Assembly (NCBI GenBank): GCA_965223665.1
Contig: OZ245011.1
Location: 96,001-160,000, forward strand
Reading direction: 5' to 3'
Length of the DNA stretch: 64,000 nucleotides
Origin: Nitrospinaceae bacterium
GTDB lineage: Bacteria; Nitrospinota; Nitrospinia; Nitrospinales; Nitrospinaceae
In this document: one piece after another, positions 20,706-31,368 of the stretch
Numbering within the stretch: the first letter of the stretch is position 1
Layout: each line of letters opens with the position of its first letter
Notes under the pieces: model-generated
Database searches by the model: none
Told to the model about the DNA's origin: nothing
What the model saw: the letters and a program-made list of their open reading frames with translations, nothing else
Translations under genes and position numbers: made by a program

Positions 20706-22686
20706 CCCCTAAGTCCTTTTCTCTTAAAAACTTTATTTTATCCCTCAATTCAGCGGCTTTTTCAAACTCCAAATTGCGAGCCGCATTATACATTTGCTTT
20801 TCTAATTTTGCTGCCAGTTCAATTACGTTTCCGCCTGGTAAATATTCTTCGGATTCTTCCATTGCTAAAGGGGTCTCGGAAAGCTGCTCAAGATTAATCA
20901 AAGATTCTTGTACAGATTTTTTTATGGTAGCGGGTGTGATGTTGTGTGTTTTATTAAATTCAATTTGAATTGTCCGTCTTCGTTCCGTTTCGTCTATGGC
21001 ATTTTGCATAGCTGAAGTAATTTTGTCAGCATACATTATGACATGTCCTTCCAAATTTCTGGCAGCACGTCCGGAGGTTTGAATTAATGAAGTGGCCGAC
21101 CTTAAAAAACCTTCCTTGTCAGCATCAAGAATCCCTATTAGAGAAACTTCGGGAAGATCTAGTCCTTCGCGGAGTAAATTTATTCCAATCAGGGCATCAA
21201 ATTCTCCCAATCTCAATTCACGGAGAATTTGTACACGATCAATAGTGGTGATGTCCGAGTGGAGATATTTTACTCTCAAACCCATTTCTGAAAAATGCTC
21301 TGTCAGGTCTTCAGCAAAACGTTTTGTGAGAGTAGTTACCAGAGTTCTTTCATTTCGTTTGGCTCGCTCCTTAATTTCATGAAACAAATCATCTACTTGC
21401 CCAGAAACAGGGCGAATTTCTATTTTAGGATCTATCAATCCCGTCGGCCGTACAATCAATTCTGCTATTTTATTATTTGATTTTTCTATTTCATATTCTG
21501 ATGGAGTGGCAGAAACATAAATTGCGTTTTCAACTTTTGTTGAAAACTCTTCAAATCTTAAAGGACGGTTATCAAATGCAGAGGGAAGACGAAATCCATA
21601 ACGTACCAAAGTTTCTTTTCGGGCGCGATCCCCATTATACATTCCGTGAAGTTGAGGAACTGTGGCATGGCTTTCATCTATCACAAATAAGGCATCTTCG
21701 GGGAAATAATCAAGTAAAGTGGGCGGAGGGCTTCCTGCTTCTCTTCCCATTAAATGACGCGAATAATTTTCGATTCCCTGGCAATATCCGATTTCACGAA
21801 TCATTTCTAAGTCGAACATTGTACGTTGCTCAATACGTTGGGCTTCTATTAGTTGATTTTGACTTTTGAAAAATTTAATCCTTTCGACCATTTCTTTATA
21901 GATATTTTCCATTGCTTCTTCTAATTGTTCTTTTGGAGTGGTGTAATGGCTGGCGGGATATATAGCAATTCGATCTAAATCTCTTACTTTATTTAAAGTC
22001 AGTGGGTCTACAACAGAAAGATTTTCAATTTCATCACCAAAAAATTCCATTCGAATAGCTTCATTTCTTTCGTATACTGGCAAAACTTCGACTACATCTC
22101 CCCGAACGCGGAAGGTTCCTCTTTGGAAATCCACATCATTTCTTTTATATTGAATTTCAACTAACTTCCGCAATACTTTTTCCCGATCTAATGTCATTCC
22201 TTTTTCAAGAAATAACAACATTCCATGATAAGCCTCGGGAGAACCTAATCCATAAATACAGGAAACGCTAGCAACGATTAATACGTCTCGTCTTTCAAAA
22301 AGAGCATGAGTAGCTGCGTGCCGCATTTTATCGATTTCATCATTAATCGAAGCATCTTTTTCAATAAAAGTATCTGTAGTGGGTAAATAGGCTTCGGGTT
22401 GGTAGTAATCATAATAGCTGACAAAGTATCCCACTGCATTATCAGGAAAAAATGTTTTGAATTCATTGTATAACTGTGCGGCGAGGGTTTTGTTATGAGC
22501 CATGACTAGAGTAGGTCGTTGCAATTGTTCGACCACATTGGCTATGGTAAATGTTTTTCCCGAACCTGTAACTCCTAATAGAGTTTGGTGTGCAGGTCCT
22601 TTTTTCAATTCTTTTGCCAAAATTTCAATAGCTTGTGGCTGATGCCCCGCAGGTTTGAAGTCAGAAACCAGGTTAAATTCTTTCAT
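20689..22686 (-). CDS. uvrB: Excinuclease ABC subunit B
   Basis: [23 protein letters not shown]-terminal UVR coil [11 protein letters not shown]. Confidence 0.98.
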   Translation of the reverse strand: MKEFNLVSDFKPAGHQPQAIEILAKELKKGPAHQTLLGVTGSGKTFTIANVVEQLQRPTLVMAHNKTLAAQLYNEFKTFFPDNAVGYFVSYYDYYQPEAYLPTTDTFIEKDASINDEIDKMRHAATHALFERRDVLIVASVSCIYGLGSPEAYHGMLLFLEKGMTLDREKVLRKLVEIQYKRNDVDFQRGTFRVRGDVVEVLPVYERNEAIRMEFFGDEIENLSVVDPLTLNKVRDLDRIAIYPASHYTTPKEQLEEAMENIYKEMVERIKFFKSQNQLIEAQRIEQRTMFDLEMIREIGYCQGIENYSRHLMGREAGSPPPTLLDYFPEDALFVIDESHATVPQLHGMYNGDRARKETLVRYGFRLPSAFDNRPLRFEEFSTKVENAIYVSATPSEYEIEKSNNKIAELIVRPTGLIDPKIEIRPVSGQVDDLFHEIKERAKRNERTLVTTLTKRFAEDLTEHFSEMGLRVKYLHSDITTIDRVQILRELRLGEFDALIGINLLREGLDLPEVSLIGILDADKEGFLRSATSLIQTSGRAARNLEGHVIMYADKITSAMQNAIDETERRRTIQIEFNKTHNITPATIKKSVQESLINLEQLSETPLAMEESEEYLPGGNVIELAAKLEKQMYNAARNLEFEKAAELRDKIKFLREKDLGVIADR

Positions 22687-22901
22687 AATTCCAGTAATTG
22701 AGTGCTTGTGGAAAATTCCCGTGATATGTTAAATTACCATCAAAAGGAATATTGTACAATTTTCCCCACCCAGTCCTCACATTCTATTTTTCAACAATTT
22801 GAATGTAACAAAGGGTTTAGCAGTTTTGAAGAACTCAAGGGAGAATTTTTTTAAATTTTCAACATTAATTAGAGTCCCTCTATTTTTTAAAAAGGGTTTT
22901 T

Positions 22902-24098
22902 GTGAAATCCAATTCCCAAGAAGATATTGTTAAAACCATCCAATATAAAGATTCGACGATAACACTTATAGGGACCGCCCATGTTTCTCATAAAAGTGTC
23001 GAGTTAGTAGAAGAAAAGATTGCAGAAGGTAATTATGATTGTATTTGTGTGGAATTGTGTCCTCCTCGTTATCAAAATTTAAAAAATAGGTCTTGGTGGA
23101 AAAATCTGGATATCTTTCAAATTTTTAAACAAAAAAAGGGAAATTTATTACTCATTAATTTAGCATTATCTGCATATCAAAAACGTTTAGCAGAAAAAGT
23201 GGGAATTGAGCCGGGTCGAGAAATGTCCCGGTCGATTGAATTAGCTCAAGAGCATAATTTGCGTTTGGAAGTTATCGATCGAGATATTTCCACAACATTA
23301 CAGAGAATGTACCGTGAGGTTTCTTTTTGGCAGAAAATAAAACTTTTTGGCGGATTGGTCGCAAGCATATTTGTGGGAGAAGAAGTTACGGAAGACCAAA
23401 TTGAAGGCCTAAAAGAAGGTGATATGCTTCATTCTCTAGTTGATGAATTTGGGGAATCATTACCATCTGTAAAAAAAGTTCTAATTGACGAACGAGATCA
23501 ATATATGGCTGGAAAGCTTGCACAATTGGTAGACCAGGCCGACGGTCCCAAAAATATATTAGCAATGGTTGGTGCAGGTCATTTAATTGGAATGATGCCT
23601 GCACTGGAGTCTCCGCCCGATAGGCAAGCTCTTGAAAAGCTGGAAACAAAACCTCCTCCTAGTCGTTCAGGATATTATTTTGGATGGGGAATTTGTATTG
23701 TTATTTTGAGTATGTTTTTCATTGGTTACTACAAATCCCCCGAGTTAGGGTGGCAAATAATAATTACCTGGGTTGTCTTGAATGGAGGGTTGAGTGCTTT
23801 AGGCGCCGCTTTAGCTTTGGCTCACCCCGTTTCAGTCCTGACGGCTTTTTTAGCTGCACCATTGACCTCCCTAAATCCTACAATAGGCGCAGGAATGGTG
23901 GTTGGAATGGTGGAATCCTTTCTTAGAAAGCCTAAGGTGAGTGACTTTGAGTCTATGCGAGATGACGTGGCTCATGTGAAAATGTGGTGGAAAAATGGAG
24001 TTGTACGTGTTTTTTTGGTTTTCTTCTTTGCAAATTTAGGCTCCGCGGTAGGAACGTTTGCCGCAGGGACTTCCATATTTAAGCAAATCATTGGGTAG
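22902..24098 (+). CDS. TraB/GumN (pheromone shutdown-like) family protein
   Basis: IGTAHVS, CVELC, PGREM, IDRDI, LIDERD, VGAGH, C-terminal TM helices with APLTSLNP. Confidence 0.9.
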   Translation: MKSNSQEDIVKTIQYKDSTITLIGTAHVSHKSVELVEEKIAEGNYDCICVELCPPRYQNLKNRSWWKNLDIFQIFKQKKGNLLLINLALSAYQKRLAEKVGIEPGREMSRSIELAQEHNLRLEVIDRDISTTLQRMYREVSFWQKIKLFGGLVASIFVGEEVTEDQIEGLKEGDMLHSLVDEFGESLPSVKKVLIDERDQYMAGKLAQLVDQADGPKNILAMVGAGHLIGMMPALESPPDRQALEKLETKPPPSRSGYYFGWGICIVILSMFFIGYYKSPELGWQIIITWVVLNGGLSALGAALALAHPVSVLTAFLAAPLTSLNPTIGAGMVVGMVESFLRKPKVSDFESMRDDVAHVKMWWKNGVVRVFLVFFFANLGSAVGTFAAGTSIFKQIIG

Positions 24099-24104
24099 TT
24101 TTCC

Positions 24105-25040
24105 ATGGCTTTTATTGAACCACTTATAGTGGTGACCCCTCCTCCAATTTTTAAGTCCTCTTCTTTACGATTAGAATTATCGAAGAAATTTATTAATTTG
24201 GTATTTAATCAAGAGAATCGGTATTTAAAAGAGAATGAACTAATTGAATTGTGTCAGGGGGCACAAGGCTTACTTGTTGGCCGTGACCTGATTACGGAAA
24301 AAGTTCTTTCTTCTCTCCCAAATTTAAAAATTATTTCTAAATATGGAGTTGGCTTGGACAATTTGGATCAGGATCTACTTAAACTTTACAAAGTTAAATT
24401 GGGGTGGACACCAGGTGTAAACAAACGCTCTGTAGCTGAACTCACTCTCGGCTTTATGCTAGGTTTAATTCATAATATTTTTAAGGCAGGGTATTCTTTA
24501 AAACATTCTCGATGGAAAAAGGATGGAGGAAATGTATTGCAGGGAAAGAATGTTGGCATTATAGGATGCGGAAATATCGGAAAAGAGGTTATCAATTTAC
24601 TTCATCCTTTTGGATGCAATGTATTGGTTCATGATATTCTTAAAATGACAGAATATTGTCAAAAAGTTGGTGCGTCTGAGGTGGGATTGGACAGATTATT
24701 AGGTGAGTCAGATATTATTTCACTACATGTTCCTTTGACACCAGAAACCAAGAATATGATAAACAAAGAGACATTCGAAAAAATGAAAATTTCTGCTTTT
24801 TTAATCAATACAAGTCGAGGAGATGTTGTAAATGAATCGGACCTAAAGTTTGCCTTGCTTAAAAATAAAATAGCCGGCGCAGCTTTAGATGTTTTTTCCA
24901 TTGAACCACCGGAAGACAGAGAATTATTGGCTTGTCCGTCATTGATGGTGACTCCTCATATCGGAGGAAATTCATTAGAAGCCGTAGAATTAATGGGGCA
25001 ATCTGCTATAAATCATTTAGTCGATTATTTTGGGAAATAA
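24105..25040 (+). CDS. D-isomer-specific 2-hydroxyacid dehydrogenase (SerA-like, no ACT domain)
   Basis: YGVGLDN, GIIGCGNIG, LHVPLT, NTSRG, DVFSIEP, TPHIG. Confidence 0.88.
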   Translation: MAFIEPLIVVTPPPIFKSSSLRLELSKKFINLVFNQENRYLKENELIELCQGAQGLLVGRDLITEKVLSSLPNLKIISKYGVGLDNLDQDLLKLYKVKLGWTPGVNKRSVAELTLGFMLGLIHNIFKAGYSLKHSRWKKDGGNVLQGKNVGIIGCGNIGKEVINLLHPFGCNVLVHDILKMTEYCQKVGASEVGLDRLLGESDIISLHVPLTPETKNMINKETFEKMKISAFLINTSRGDVVNESDLKFALLKNKIAGAALDVFSIEPPEDRELLACPSLMVTPHIGGNSLEAVELMGQSAINHLVDYFGK

Positions 25041-25043
25041 ATT

Positions 25044-25856
25044 ATGAGATGGAATCGTTTTTTTCTTGCATTACTAGGAATTAATTTAATTGTTTTTCCG
25101 ACTATACAGGTTTGGGGAAATGACATTGATCCAAATGAAGTGTTACGTCTTCTTAAAAAAAAGAAGGAAAATGAAGAGATTCAATTGAGAGAATTTTCAA
25201 AGATGGTGTTGATTCCGGAAGGCAAATTCTTCATGGGTCGCAAGGGAATAAATAAAAATGAAATGCCTGCGCACCAGTTATCTTTAGATTCCTTTTATAT
25301 AGATAAGTATGAAGTAACACAACTTCAATATCTTAACGTAATGCAACGCAATCCCAGTTATTTTAAGAATTGTCCACTTTGTCCTGTGGAAAAAGTTAGT
25401 TATTATCATGCAGAGGAATACTGCAAGAAGCTTGGAAAGCGACTTCCCACGGAAGCGGAGTGGGAAAAAGCTGCCAAAGGTGGAATGCCAGGGGAATTCT
25501 ATTGGGAACATGAAAAAGCAGAATTATTTGCCTGGTATGGAAATAACTCCGGAAACAAAACTCAACCGGTGGGAGAGAGGCAACCCAATTTATTTGGGAT
25601 TCATGATATGGCGGGTAATGTATGGGAATGGGTTTCGGATTGGTATGAGGAGGAATTTTATAAAACCAGTCCAAGCGTAAATCCCAAAGGACCAAAAAAG
25701 GGTAAAGAAAAGGTGGTCCGAGGTGGGTCTTGGGGAGATCCTCCGGAAAGATTGGCTCATGCGTATCGAAATTTTAAAGAACCGGATACAAGCTATATTA
25801 ATGTTGGATTTCGATGTGCCTCCAATAATATTGTAAAGCAAAATAATCATGGATGA
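25044..25856 (+). CDS. Exported FGE-sulfatase (SUMF1/EgtB/PvdO fold) domain protein
   Basis: Signal peptide, IDKYEVT, RLPTEAEWEKAA, DMAGNVWEW, RGGSW, GFRC. Confidence 0.9.
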   Translation: MRWNRFFLALLGINLIVFPTIQVWGNDIDPNEVLRLLKKKKENEEIQLREFSKMVLIPEGKFFMGRKGINKNEMPAHQLSLDSFYIDKYEVTQLQYLNVMQRNPSYFKNCPLCPVEKVSYYHAEEYCKKLGKRLPTEAEWEKAAKGGMPGEFYWEHEKAELFAWYGNNSGNKTQPVGERQPNLFGIHDMAGNVWEWVSDWYEEEFYKTSPSVNPKGPKKGKEKVVRGGSWGDPPERLAHAYRNFKEPDTSYINVGFRCASNNIVKQNNHG

Positions 25857-26448
25857 CCCTGGATATTCAAAAGAACATTGGCAAAGTCATTATGAATCTG
25901 GTGAATTGCCTTGGGATTTGGGAAAAGTTTCTCCTGCATTCGTTCATTTATTGGAGCAAAATATTCTTCTACCTGGAAAACTAATTGTCCCAGGCTGTGG
26001 ACAAGGGCATGAGGTAATATTTTTTGTTGGTAACGGTTTCGAGGTTACCGCAGTAGATATTGCTCCCGGTGCGGTAGATTTACTTAAGAATGCATTGCGC
26101 AAGCAAGGATTAAATGCAGAGGTAATAAACCAAGATTTTTTCAAGCTAAAAGAAAACTATAATGAAACTTTCGATTATATGTTAGAGCAAACATTTTTTT
26201 GTGCGATTCATCCTTTGCAACGTTCTCTTTATGTGGAAACTTCACATCGCATTTTAAAGCCAGGGGGAAAAATTTTTGGTCTTTTTTACGAAACGGGTGA
26301 GGCGGGTGGCCCCCCTTTTAATACGACTGAATTAGATGTCCGTGAGTTTTTTGCTCCTCGTTTTAAAATTCTCTCATTGAAAAAAAATAATAACTCCGTT
26401 GATCGTCGAAAAGAAAAGGAATGGTTGGCAATACTTGAGAAAAGATAA
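25849..26448 (+). CDS. TPMT-like / thiol-halide methyltransferase family SAM-dependent methyltransferase
   Basis: PWDLG, VPGCGQGHE, EQTFFCAI, GGPPF. Confidence 0.85.
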   Translation: MDDPGYSKEHWQSHYESGELPWDLGKVSPAFVHLLEQNILLPGKLIVPGCGQGHEVIFFVGNGFEVTAVDIAPGAVDLLKNALRKQGLNAEVINQDFFKLKENYNETFDYMLEQTFFCAIHPLQRSLYVETSHRILKPGGKIFGLFYETGEAGGPPFNTTELDVREFFAPRFKILSLKKNNNSVDRRKEKEWLAILEKR

Positions 26449-26475
26449 ATTTATCAAAAAACATTTGTTGATAAT

Positions 26476-27138
26476 TTATCCTTTTAAAGGAAGTAAGCAT
26501 TCCATGGAATCATTTTTTGGGGAATTGATTAAGTTGGAAATTGGAAAAAATTCCAATTCATCAGTATATGGCTTTAGGAGCTCTTTTAAGGTTTCACTGG
26601 AAGTTGTGGGGGTGAGCCAATTTGAATATTCCTCAGGAGGTATTATTACCGGCATCCTATGATGAATGCTTTTTAGGGCTGTATTTGCTTCTGTAGTAAT
26701 TATTGTAAATGTTTTAAGTTTTGTAGAGCCTTGGTTCCATTCAGACCATAATCCAGCAAATGCAAATAAATCATGAGACGCCATTTGTATATATTGAGGA
26801 ACTTTTTTATCCCCATTTGATTTCCATTCAATAAAGCCATCAGTTGGCACTAAACAACGCTTTGATTTGAAGGATGATTTAAAACTTGGTTTTTCTTCGA
26901 CGGTTTCAGCGCGAGCATTAATCATTCTATTTCCTATTTTTTCCTCTTTTGCCCAACTGGGAATTAAACCCCAACGCATTAGGGTTAGTTGCCTATTTTC
27001 TTGAGTAGAAACTACTATTGGAATATTTTGGGTTGGAGCAATGTTGAATCGCGATTTGAACTCTAACGATATTTTTTCAATTTTGAAATGTTCTTGAATA
27101 GTTTTAATGGGTTTGGTTAGACTGAATCTTCCACACAT
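26476..27138 (-). CDS. SOS response-associated peptidase (SRAP/YedK/HMCES abasic-site crosslinker)
   Basis: MCGRF (Cys2), NIAPT, WGLIP, INARAET, GFIEW, IHHRMPV. Confidence 0.95.
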   Translation of the reverse strand: MCGRFSLTKPIKTIQEHFKIEKISLEFKSRFNIAPTQNIPIVVSTQENRQLTLMRWGLIPSWAKEEKIGNRMINARAETVEEKPSFKSSFKSKRCLVPTDGFIEWKSNGDKKVPQYIQMASHDLFAFAGLWSEWNQGSTKLKTFTIITTEANTALKSIHHRMPVIIPPEEYSNWLTPTTSSETLKELLKPYTDELEFFPISNLINSPKNDSMECLLPLKG

Positions 27139-27237
27139 AAATTGAAAAATGTTAAGGATTTGTGAAAATTATATATTATATTAAGAGTTTCAAAAATATA
27201 AGAAATTTATCATGATATTAATAAAGAAAAGATAAAA

Positions 27238-28650
27238 ATGATGGAAATTAAAAACGGTAAAAAAATTTATTCAGGGATTTTTCGCGATGGAGGTGCTGGA
27301 AAATTTGCAAAACGTCGTTATCGTTTGCGCCGTTCAAAGTTGATGCAAAAAGAGGATAAGCTTATCGTCTTAACAGGTGTTCCTTATGGGCCTGGGGCGG
27401 AAACAACATGGACTTACGCACATGCTCCCACTTATCAGGAACCTTCTTTAATGTATCTCACAGGGATTAATCAAAATGAAGTTTTACTGATGCTTGATCC
27501 GGGTTCTAAAGAATCCGAAGAGATACTTTTCGTAAAAGCTAAAGACCCCTCTAAAGAATTTTGGGATGGAGTTAGGTTCGGTGTAGGTGACCCCAAATCC
27601 GAAAAAGAAGTAAAGCAAATTACTGGTATCAATGATGTGAGAAATATTGATGATTTTGAAAAAGTTTTTCATGAGAGATTAAGCAAGAGAAGGAAAAAAA
27701 GAGTCGGTACTTTTTGGTTAGAAGGGAAATCCGGAAAAAAAACAAAAAAAATAAAAACAGATCATAATTGGAAATTTAAAAAAAGAATTGAGGGTTTGCT
27801 TCAAAAATGGAAAAAAAGAAATATCATATTATCCAATATAATGAGCTCTCATTTTGAATTGCGCTTACCTTTAGACAAGTATGATGTGGCAAATACCCTA
27901 AAAGCTCAAAAGATTACTGGAGATGCCTTTAAAAATACTTTGCGACAATTTTATAGATTTAATAATGAGTGTCAGGTGCAAGGTTTTCTTGAAGGGCATA
28001 TGTTGATGGAATCTCCTTATGGATTAAGTTTTCCTGGAATAATTGCGTCTGGATCGAATGCGACCGTGCTGCATTATATGAAAAATGATGATTCATTCAC
28101 AAAAAAGGAATTAGTGCTCCTCGATTTTGGAGTGCGATGGATGACTATGCATGCTGATATTTCCAGGACCGTGCCCGCTTCAGGAAAATTTAATCCGATG
28201 CAAAAAATTTTATATGAAATTGTATTGTCCGCTCAGTTAGCGGTTGAGAAAGTAGCTAAAGCAGGAATAACCATTGTTGAGTTAAATGAGATTTGTTGGA
28301 AAACTTTAGAGGAAGAGCTTGAAAAGAAATTTAAAGCAAAAGGTGGGGTTTGTGAACTTCAATATGATTTCAATCCTCATGGAGTCAGCCACTTAATCGG
28401 CGAACAAGAACATGACGGTGACCCATTCCGAGCATATGGACGGGAACCTATGAAAGCGGGATGGCTGATAAGTAACGAACCTGGAATTTACGGGAAATTT
28501 AAAATCAAACTTAATGGAAAAAATTATAACGAAGAGTTGGGAATTCGATTGGAAGATAATTTGTTAATTACCAAGATGGGTTGTAAAAACCTTTCGGAGG
28601 GAATTCCCAAGCGTGTTTGGGAAATCGAAAAATTAATGGAAAAAAAATAA
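27238..28650 (+). CDS. pepP: Xaa-Pro aminopeptidase (M24B)
   Basis: YLTG, ATVLHY; metal ligands LLDFG, HADISRT, HGVSHLIG, NEPGIY, IRLED. Confidence 0.88.
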   Translation: MMEIKNGKKIYSGIFRDGGAGKFAKRRYRLRRSKLMQKEDKLIVLTGVPYGPGAETTWTYAHAPTYQEPSLMYLTGINQNEVLLMLDPGSKESEEILFVKAKDPSKEFWDGVRFGVGDPKSEKEVKQITGINDVRNIDDFEKVFHERLSKRRKKRVGTFWLEGKSGKKTKKIKTDHNWKFKKRIEGLLQKWKKRNIILSNIMSSHFELRLPLDKYDVANTLKAQKITGDAFKNTLRQFYRFNNECQVQGFLEGHMLMESPYGLSFPGIIASGSNATVLHYMKNDDSFTKKELVLLDFGVRWMTMHADISRTVPASGKFNPMQKILYEIVLSAQLAVEKVAKAGITIVELNEICWKTLEEELEKKFKAKGGVCELQYDFNPHGVSHLIGEQEHDGDPFRAYGREPMKAGWLISNEPGIYGKFKIKLNGKNYNEELGIRLEDNLLITKMGCKNLSEGIPKRVWEIEKLMEKK

Positions 28651-28652
28651 AA

Positions 28653-29117
28653 CTATATTTCTTTTAATGCCTCCATTACTTCTTCAACGTGGCCCTTAAC
28701 TTTTACTTTAGGAAAAACTTTCCGAATTATTCCAGACTTATCAATGATGAATGTGCTTCTTACAATTCCCATAAATGTTTTTCCATATAACTTTTTTTCC
28801 TGCCAAACTCCGTATTTGTTAACAACCTTTTGGTCTACATCTGCCAGTAAACTAAATGGCAAATCGTATTTTTCAATAAATTTTTGATGGCGCTCGGCGG
28901 AGTCTATGCTCACACCCAAAATCTCAGTGTGTTTAAATTTTTTGAAGTTATCTCTAAAGTCACAAGCTTCTGTAGTGCAACCAGGAGTCATGTCCTTGGG
29001 ATAAAAGTATAAGACAACATTTTTCTTGCCTTTGAAGGAGCTAAGCTTAATTTTCTTATTATTTTGATCAACTACAGTGAAATCTGGCGCTTTTTTTCCC
29101 TCTTGGAGCATAGACAT
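28653..29117 (-). CDS. bcp: Peroxiredoxin Q / BCP
   Basis: LYFYPKDMTPGCTTEACDFRD, RSTFIID. Confidence 0.95.
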   Translation of the reverse strand: MSMLQEGKKAPDFTVVDQNNKKIKLSSFKGKKNVVLYFYPKDMTPGCTTEACDFRDNFKKFKHTEILGVSIDSAERHQKFIEKYDLPFSLLADVDQKVVNKYGVWQEKKLYGKTFMGIVRSTFIIDKSGIIRKVFPKVKVKGHVEEVMEALKEI

Positions 29118-29125
29118 TGTTCCTA

Positions 29126-29593
29126 TTAAAATTTTAGTTTATCTAGAGTTTGATCCAAATTTTTATTTAAGGAATTAATCATTTCCATTATTTTTTTTGG
29201 CGAAGTTCTCCCTGGAGTTTTGTTGGTTATCATTCTTGCCTCACCTAATCTTGCATCAATGAGATCATAGGTTTCTTTTGTGGGAGATTTACCATCATTG
29301 CAGAAACTTTCAAAACCCACTACTAAACGTTGCAACTTCCCATCAATTTGAAAGCCCAAAGTCGAATCTTTTTTTAAGGCAGAGGACTTTTCCATATAAC
29401 CCCATAATCCTCCTATCATCCCTTGAGAGCGCTCAAAAGATCCTCGTAATTGTTTCGTGGCTTCTTTACAAGTATCTGCATTTGCAACTTTAGAAACTGT
29501 GCTAAGTAAAAATACTGATACAAGGAAGAACCCCAAAGATTTAAAAACTAAAGTAGGCCTAATCGATTTATAAATAAACATTCCCATCTCCAT
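29126..29593 (-). CDS. Hypothetical exported helical protein
   Basis: Signal-peptide-like N-terminus ending ANA, two Cys in the mature part, 8-nt gap to bcp; start uncertain. Confidence 0.7.
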   Translation of the reverse strand: MEMGMFIYKSIRPTLVFKSLGFFLVSVFLLSTVSKVANADTCKEATKQLRGSFERSQGMIGGLWGYMEKSSALKKDSTLGFQIDGKLQRLVVGFESFCNDGKSPTKETYDLIDARLGEARMITNKTPGRTSPKKIMEMINSLNKNLDQTLDKLKF

Positions 29594-29758
29594 GTATTGG
29601 GTAAGTAATTGACCAGAATAAAGTAAAAGGCAGGTTATAGACTGATCTCTTGGTCTTTAGGGCATCTAATCAAGAATGACAATCGATGTCAAATTAAATT
29701 CCGTTAATTTATTGATAATAAAATAAATATGAAGGTAAGTCTTTGTAAAGTAGGTCGC

Positions 29759-31354
29759 TTAATTGAAAACTTTGTGATTTTTTAAAAGGGAAAAAGTGGG
29801 ATCCTTAGAAAGAGTTTTTAATATTTCAGGGTTTATTCTTTTAATAATTGATAAATATTTTAAGGTTCCTTTCTTGTCTTCTTTTTTTGAGTAACATTTT
29901 GCTAAGAGAATATGTAGCGGTATCAGGTTATCTTGTTCAGGATGTGAAATTAAAGTTCGTTCCAAAAGAGAAATTGCCCGGGTGTATTGTTTGGTTTGGT
30001 AATAAACATGAGATGTATTTAATTTGCTATCCAGGTTCGACGGGTCGATTTGAAGAACTGCAGAATAAATTGCCAGAGCTCTTTTAAACATACCGTAATT
30101 AGCGAATACTTTTCCTTTTTGATTTAAAGCTGCGACAGGATGGAAAAATAATTCTTCGGGATCTTGAATGGGTTTGCCTACCCGTGGTTTGGTAGGAATT
30201 TCCTCCAAACTCAATTGAGCCAATTGATCTGGGTCCCCTAAGGATTTGGACAACTCATAATACTCTTTAGCTTTTTTTAAATTACCGCGCATTATAGAAA
30301 TATCACCAAGTTCTTGGTATCCCTTCGCCTGCAGATCGCGATTATTTTTTGAATTATTAATCAAGTTTTTAACCGAATTTTCTGAAAGCTCTAAACGTAA
30401 AAATAAACTAGACATCCCTATTAAAATTTCGCGAATGATAGGGTCATCCTTCTTCAAGTTTGCGGCAGTTTGAATCTCAAAAAGGGATAATCCGTATTTC
30501 CCATTTTTGTAGAAACTTTTAGAGCGACCTAAATGATATTGGGAAGGAATAATTTTTTTAGGAATTTGATTTAATCTGTCTTGCTCAATGAGTTCAATAA
30601 GAGATCGGGCTGCTTCTGCTTTAGGGTGATTCCTGTAATTTTGCCAAATATTATCCAGGGTCAATTTTGCTAAATCCAGTTTGTTTTCTACCGCATAAAG
30701 ATATCCTAACTGGTATGCAGATTCTTGATCTTCTTGATTTAATTTTAAAGCCTTTTTAAAAGCCTTTTCTGCCGAGCCCAAATCATTTAAATAAAGAAAA
30801 TTCATTCCTCTCTCATAAAAGAATTCTGAATTATCTGGATCTAAGTTTGCTGCTAGGGTGAGCTCTTTATTGGCCTTTTTCATTTCCCCATTTGCCGCTA
30901 ATGTAATTGCATATTCATAATGTGCCTGTGCGCTACTTTTATGGTTTTGAATTGAATTCTTGCAGGATTGTAAGGCCAATTTTGCTTTTCCGAAATTTCG
31001 GTAGAATACGCAATAAGCATAATGTAACGCCGAGTGATTCTGGTTAAGTTTTTTCGCTTGATTTAAAGTATTTAACCCATTTTTATATTTGCCTAACTCA
31101 TTTAATAAAAATGCTTTTATAAAAAAAGCGGTATCTAGTTTAGGTTTTTTTTCTAAATATAAATTGATAGTTTTTAAAGCTTCAGCAAAGTTATTTTCTT
31201 TTACTAATTGTTGAACCTTTAAAAATGTTGAGTTAGTTTTATCTGAGGAAGAGTTTGCAACTATATCCATTTTGGGAAAGGCTGCCCAGGAAATACCTAA
31301 AATCGAAAAATGGAGAAATGAAAGTAAAATAAGTATCTTTAACCAATTTGCCAT
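29759..31354 (-). CDS. Exported tetratricopeptide repeat protein
   Basis: Signal peptide, repeated TPR patterns (A..L.P.N..., AYQLGYLY). Confidence 0.85.
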   Translation of the reverse strand: MANWLKILILLSFLHFSILGISWAAFPKMDIVANSSSDKTNSTFLKVQQLVKENNFAEALKTINLYLEKKPKLDTAFFIKAFLLNELGKYKNGLNTLNQAKKLNQNHSALHYAYCVFYRNFGKAKLALQSCKNSIQNHKSSAQAHYEYAITLAANGEMKKANKELTLAANLDPDNSEFFYERGMNFLYLNDLGSAEKAFKKALKLNQEDQESAYQLGYLYAVENKLDLAKLTLDNIWQNYRNHPKAEAARSLIELIEQDRLNQIPKKIIPSQYHLGRSKSFYKNGKYGLSLFEIQTAANLKKDDPIIREILIGMSSLFLRLELSENSVKNLINNSKNNRDLQAKGYQELGDISIMRGNLKKAKEYYELSKSLGDPDQLAQLSLEEIPTKPRVGKPIQDPEELFFHPVAALNQKGKVFANYGMFKRALAIYSAVLQIDPSNLDSKLNTSHVYYQTKQYTRAISLLERTLISHPEQDNLIPLHILLAKCYSKKEDKKGTLKYLSIIKRINPEILKTLSKDPTFSLLKNHKVFN

Positions 31355-31368
31355 AGGTAGGTAATTTT

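Noticed and set aside
22902-24098. TraB as evidence of a conjugative element
   Set aside because: It is the chromosomal TraB/GumN metalloprotein family; no T4SS or relaxase genes are present
26476-27138. SRAP as a marker of a prophage or mutagenesis cassette
   Set aside because: No umuDC, imuABC, phage genes or recognisable SOS box nearby; an ordinary stand-alone copy
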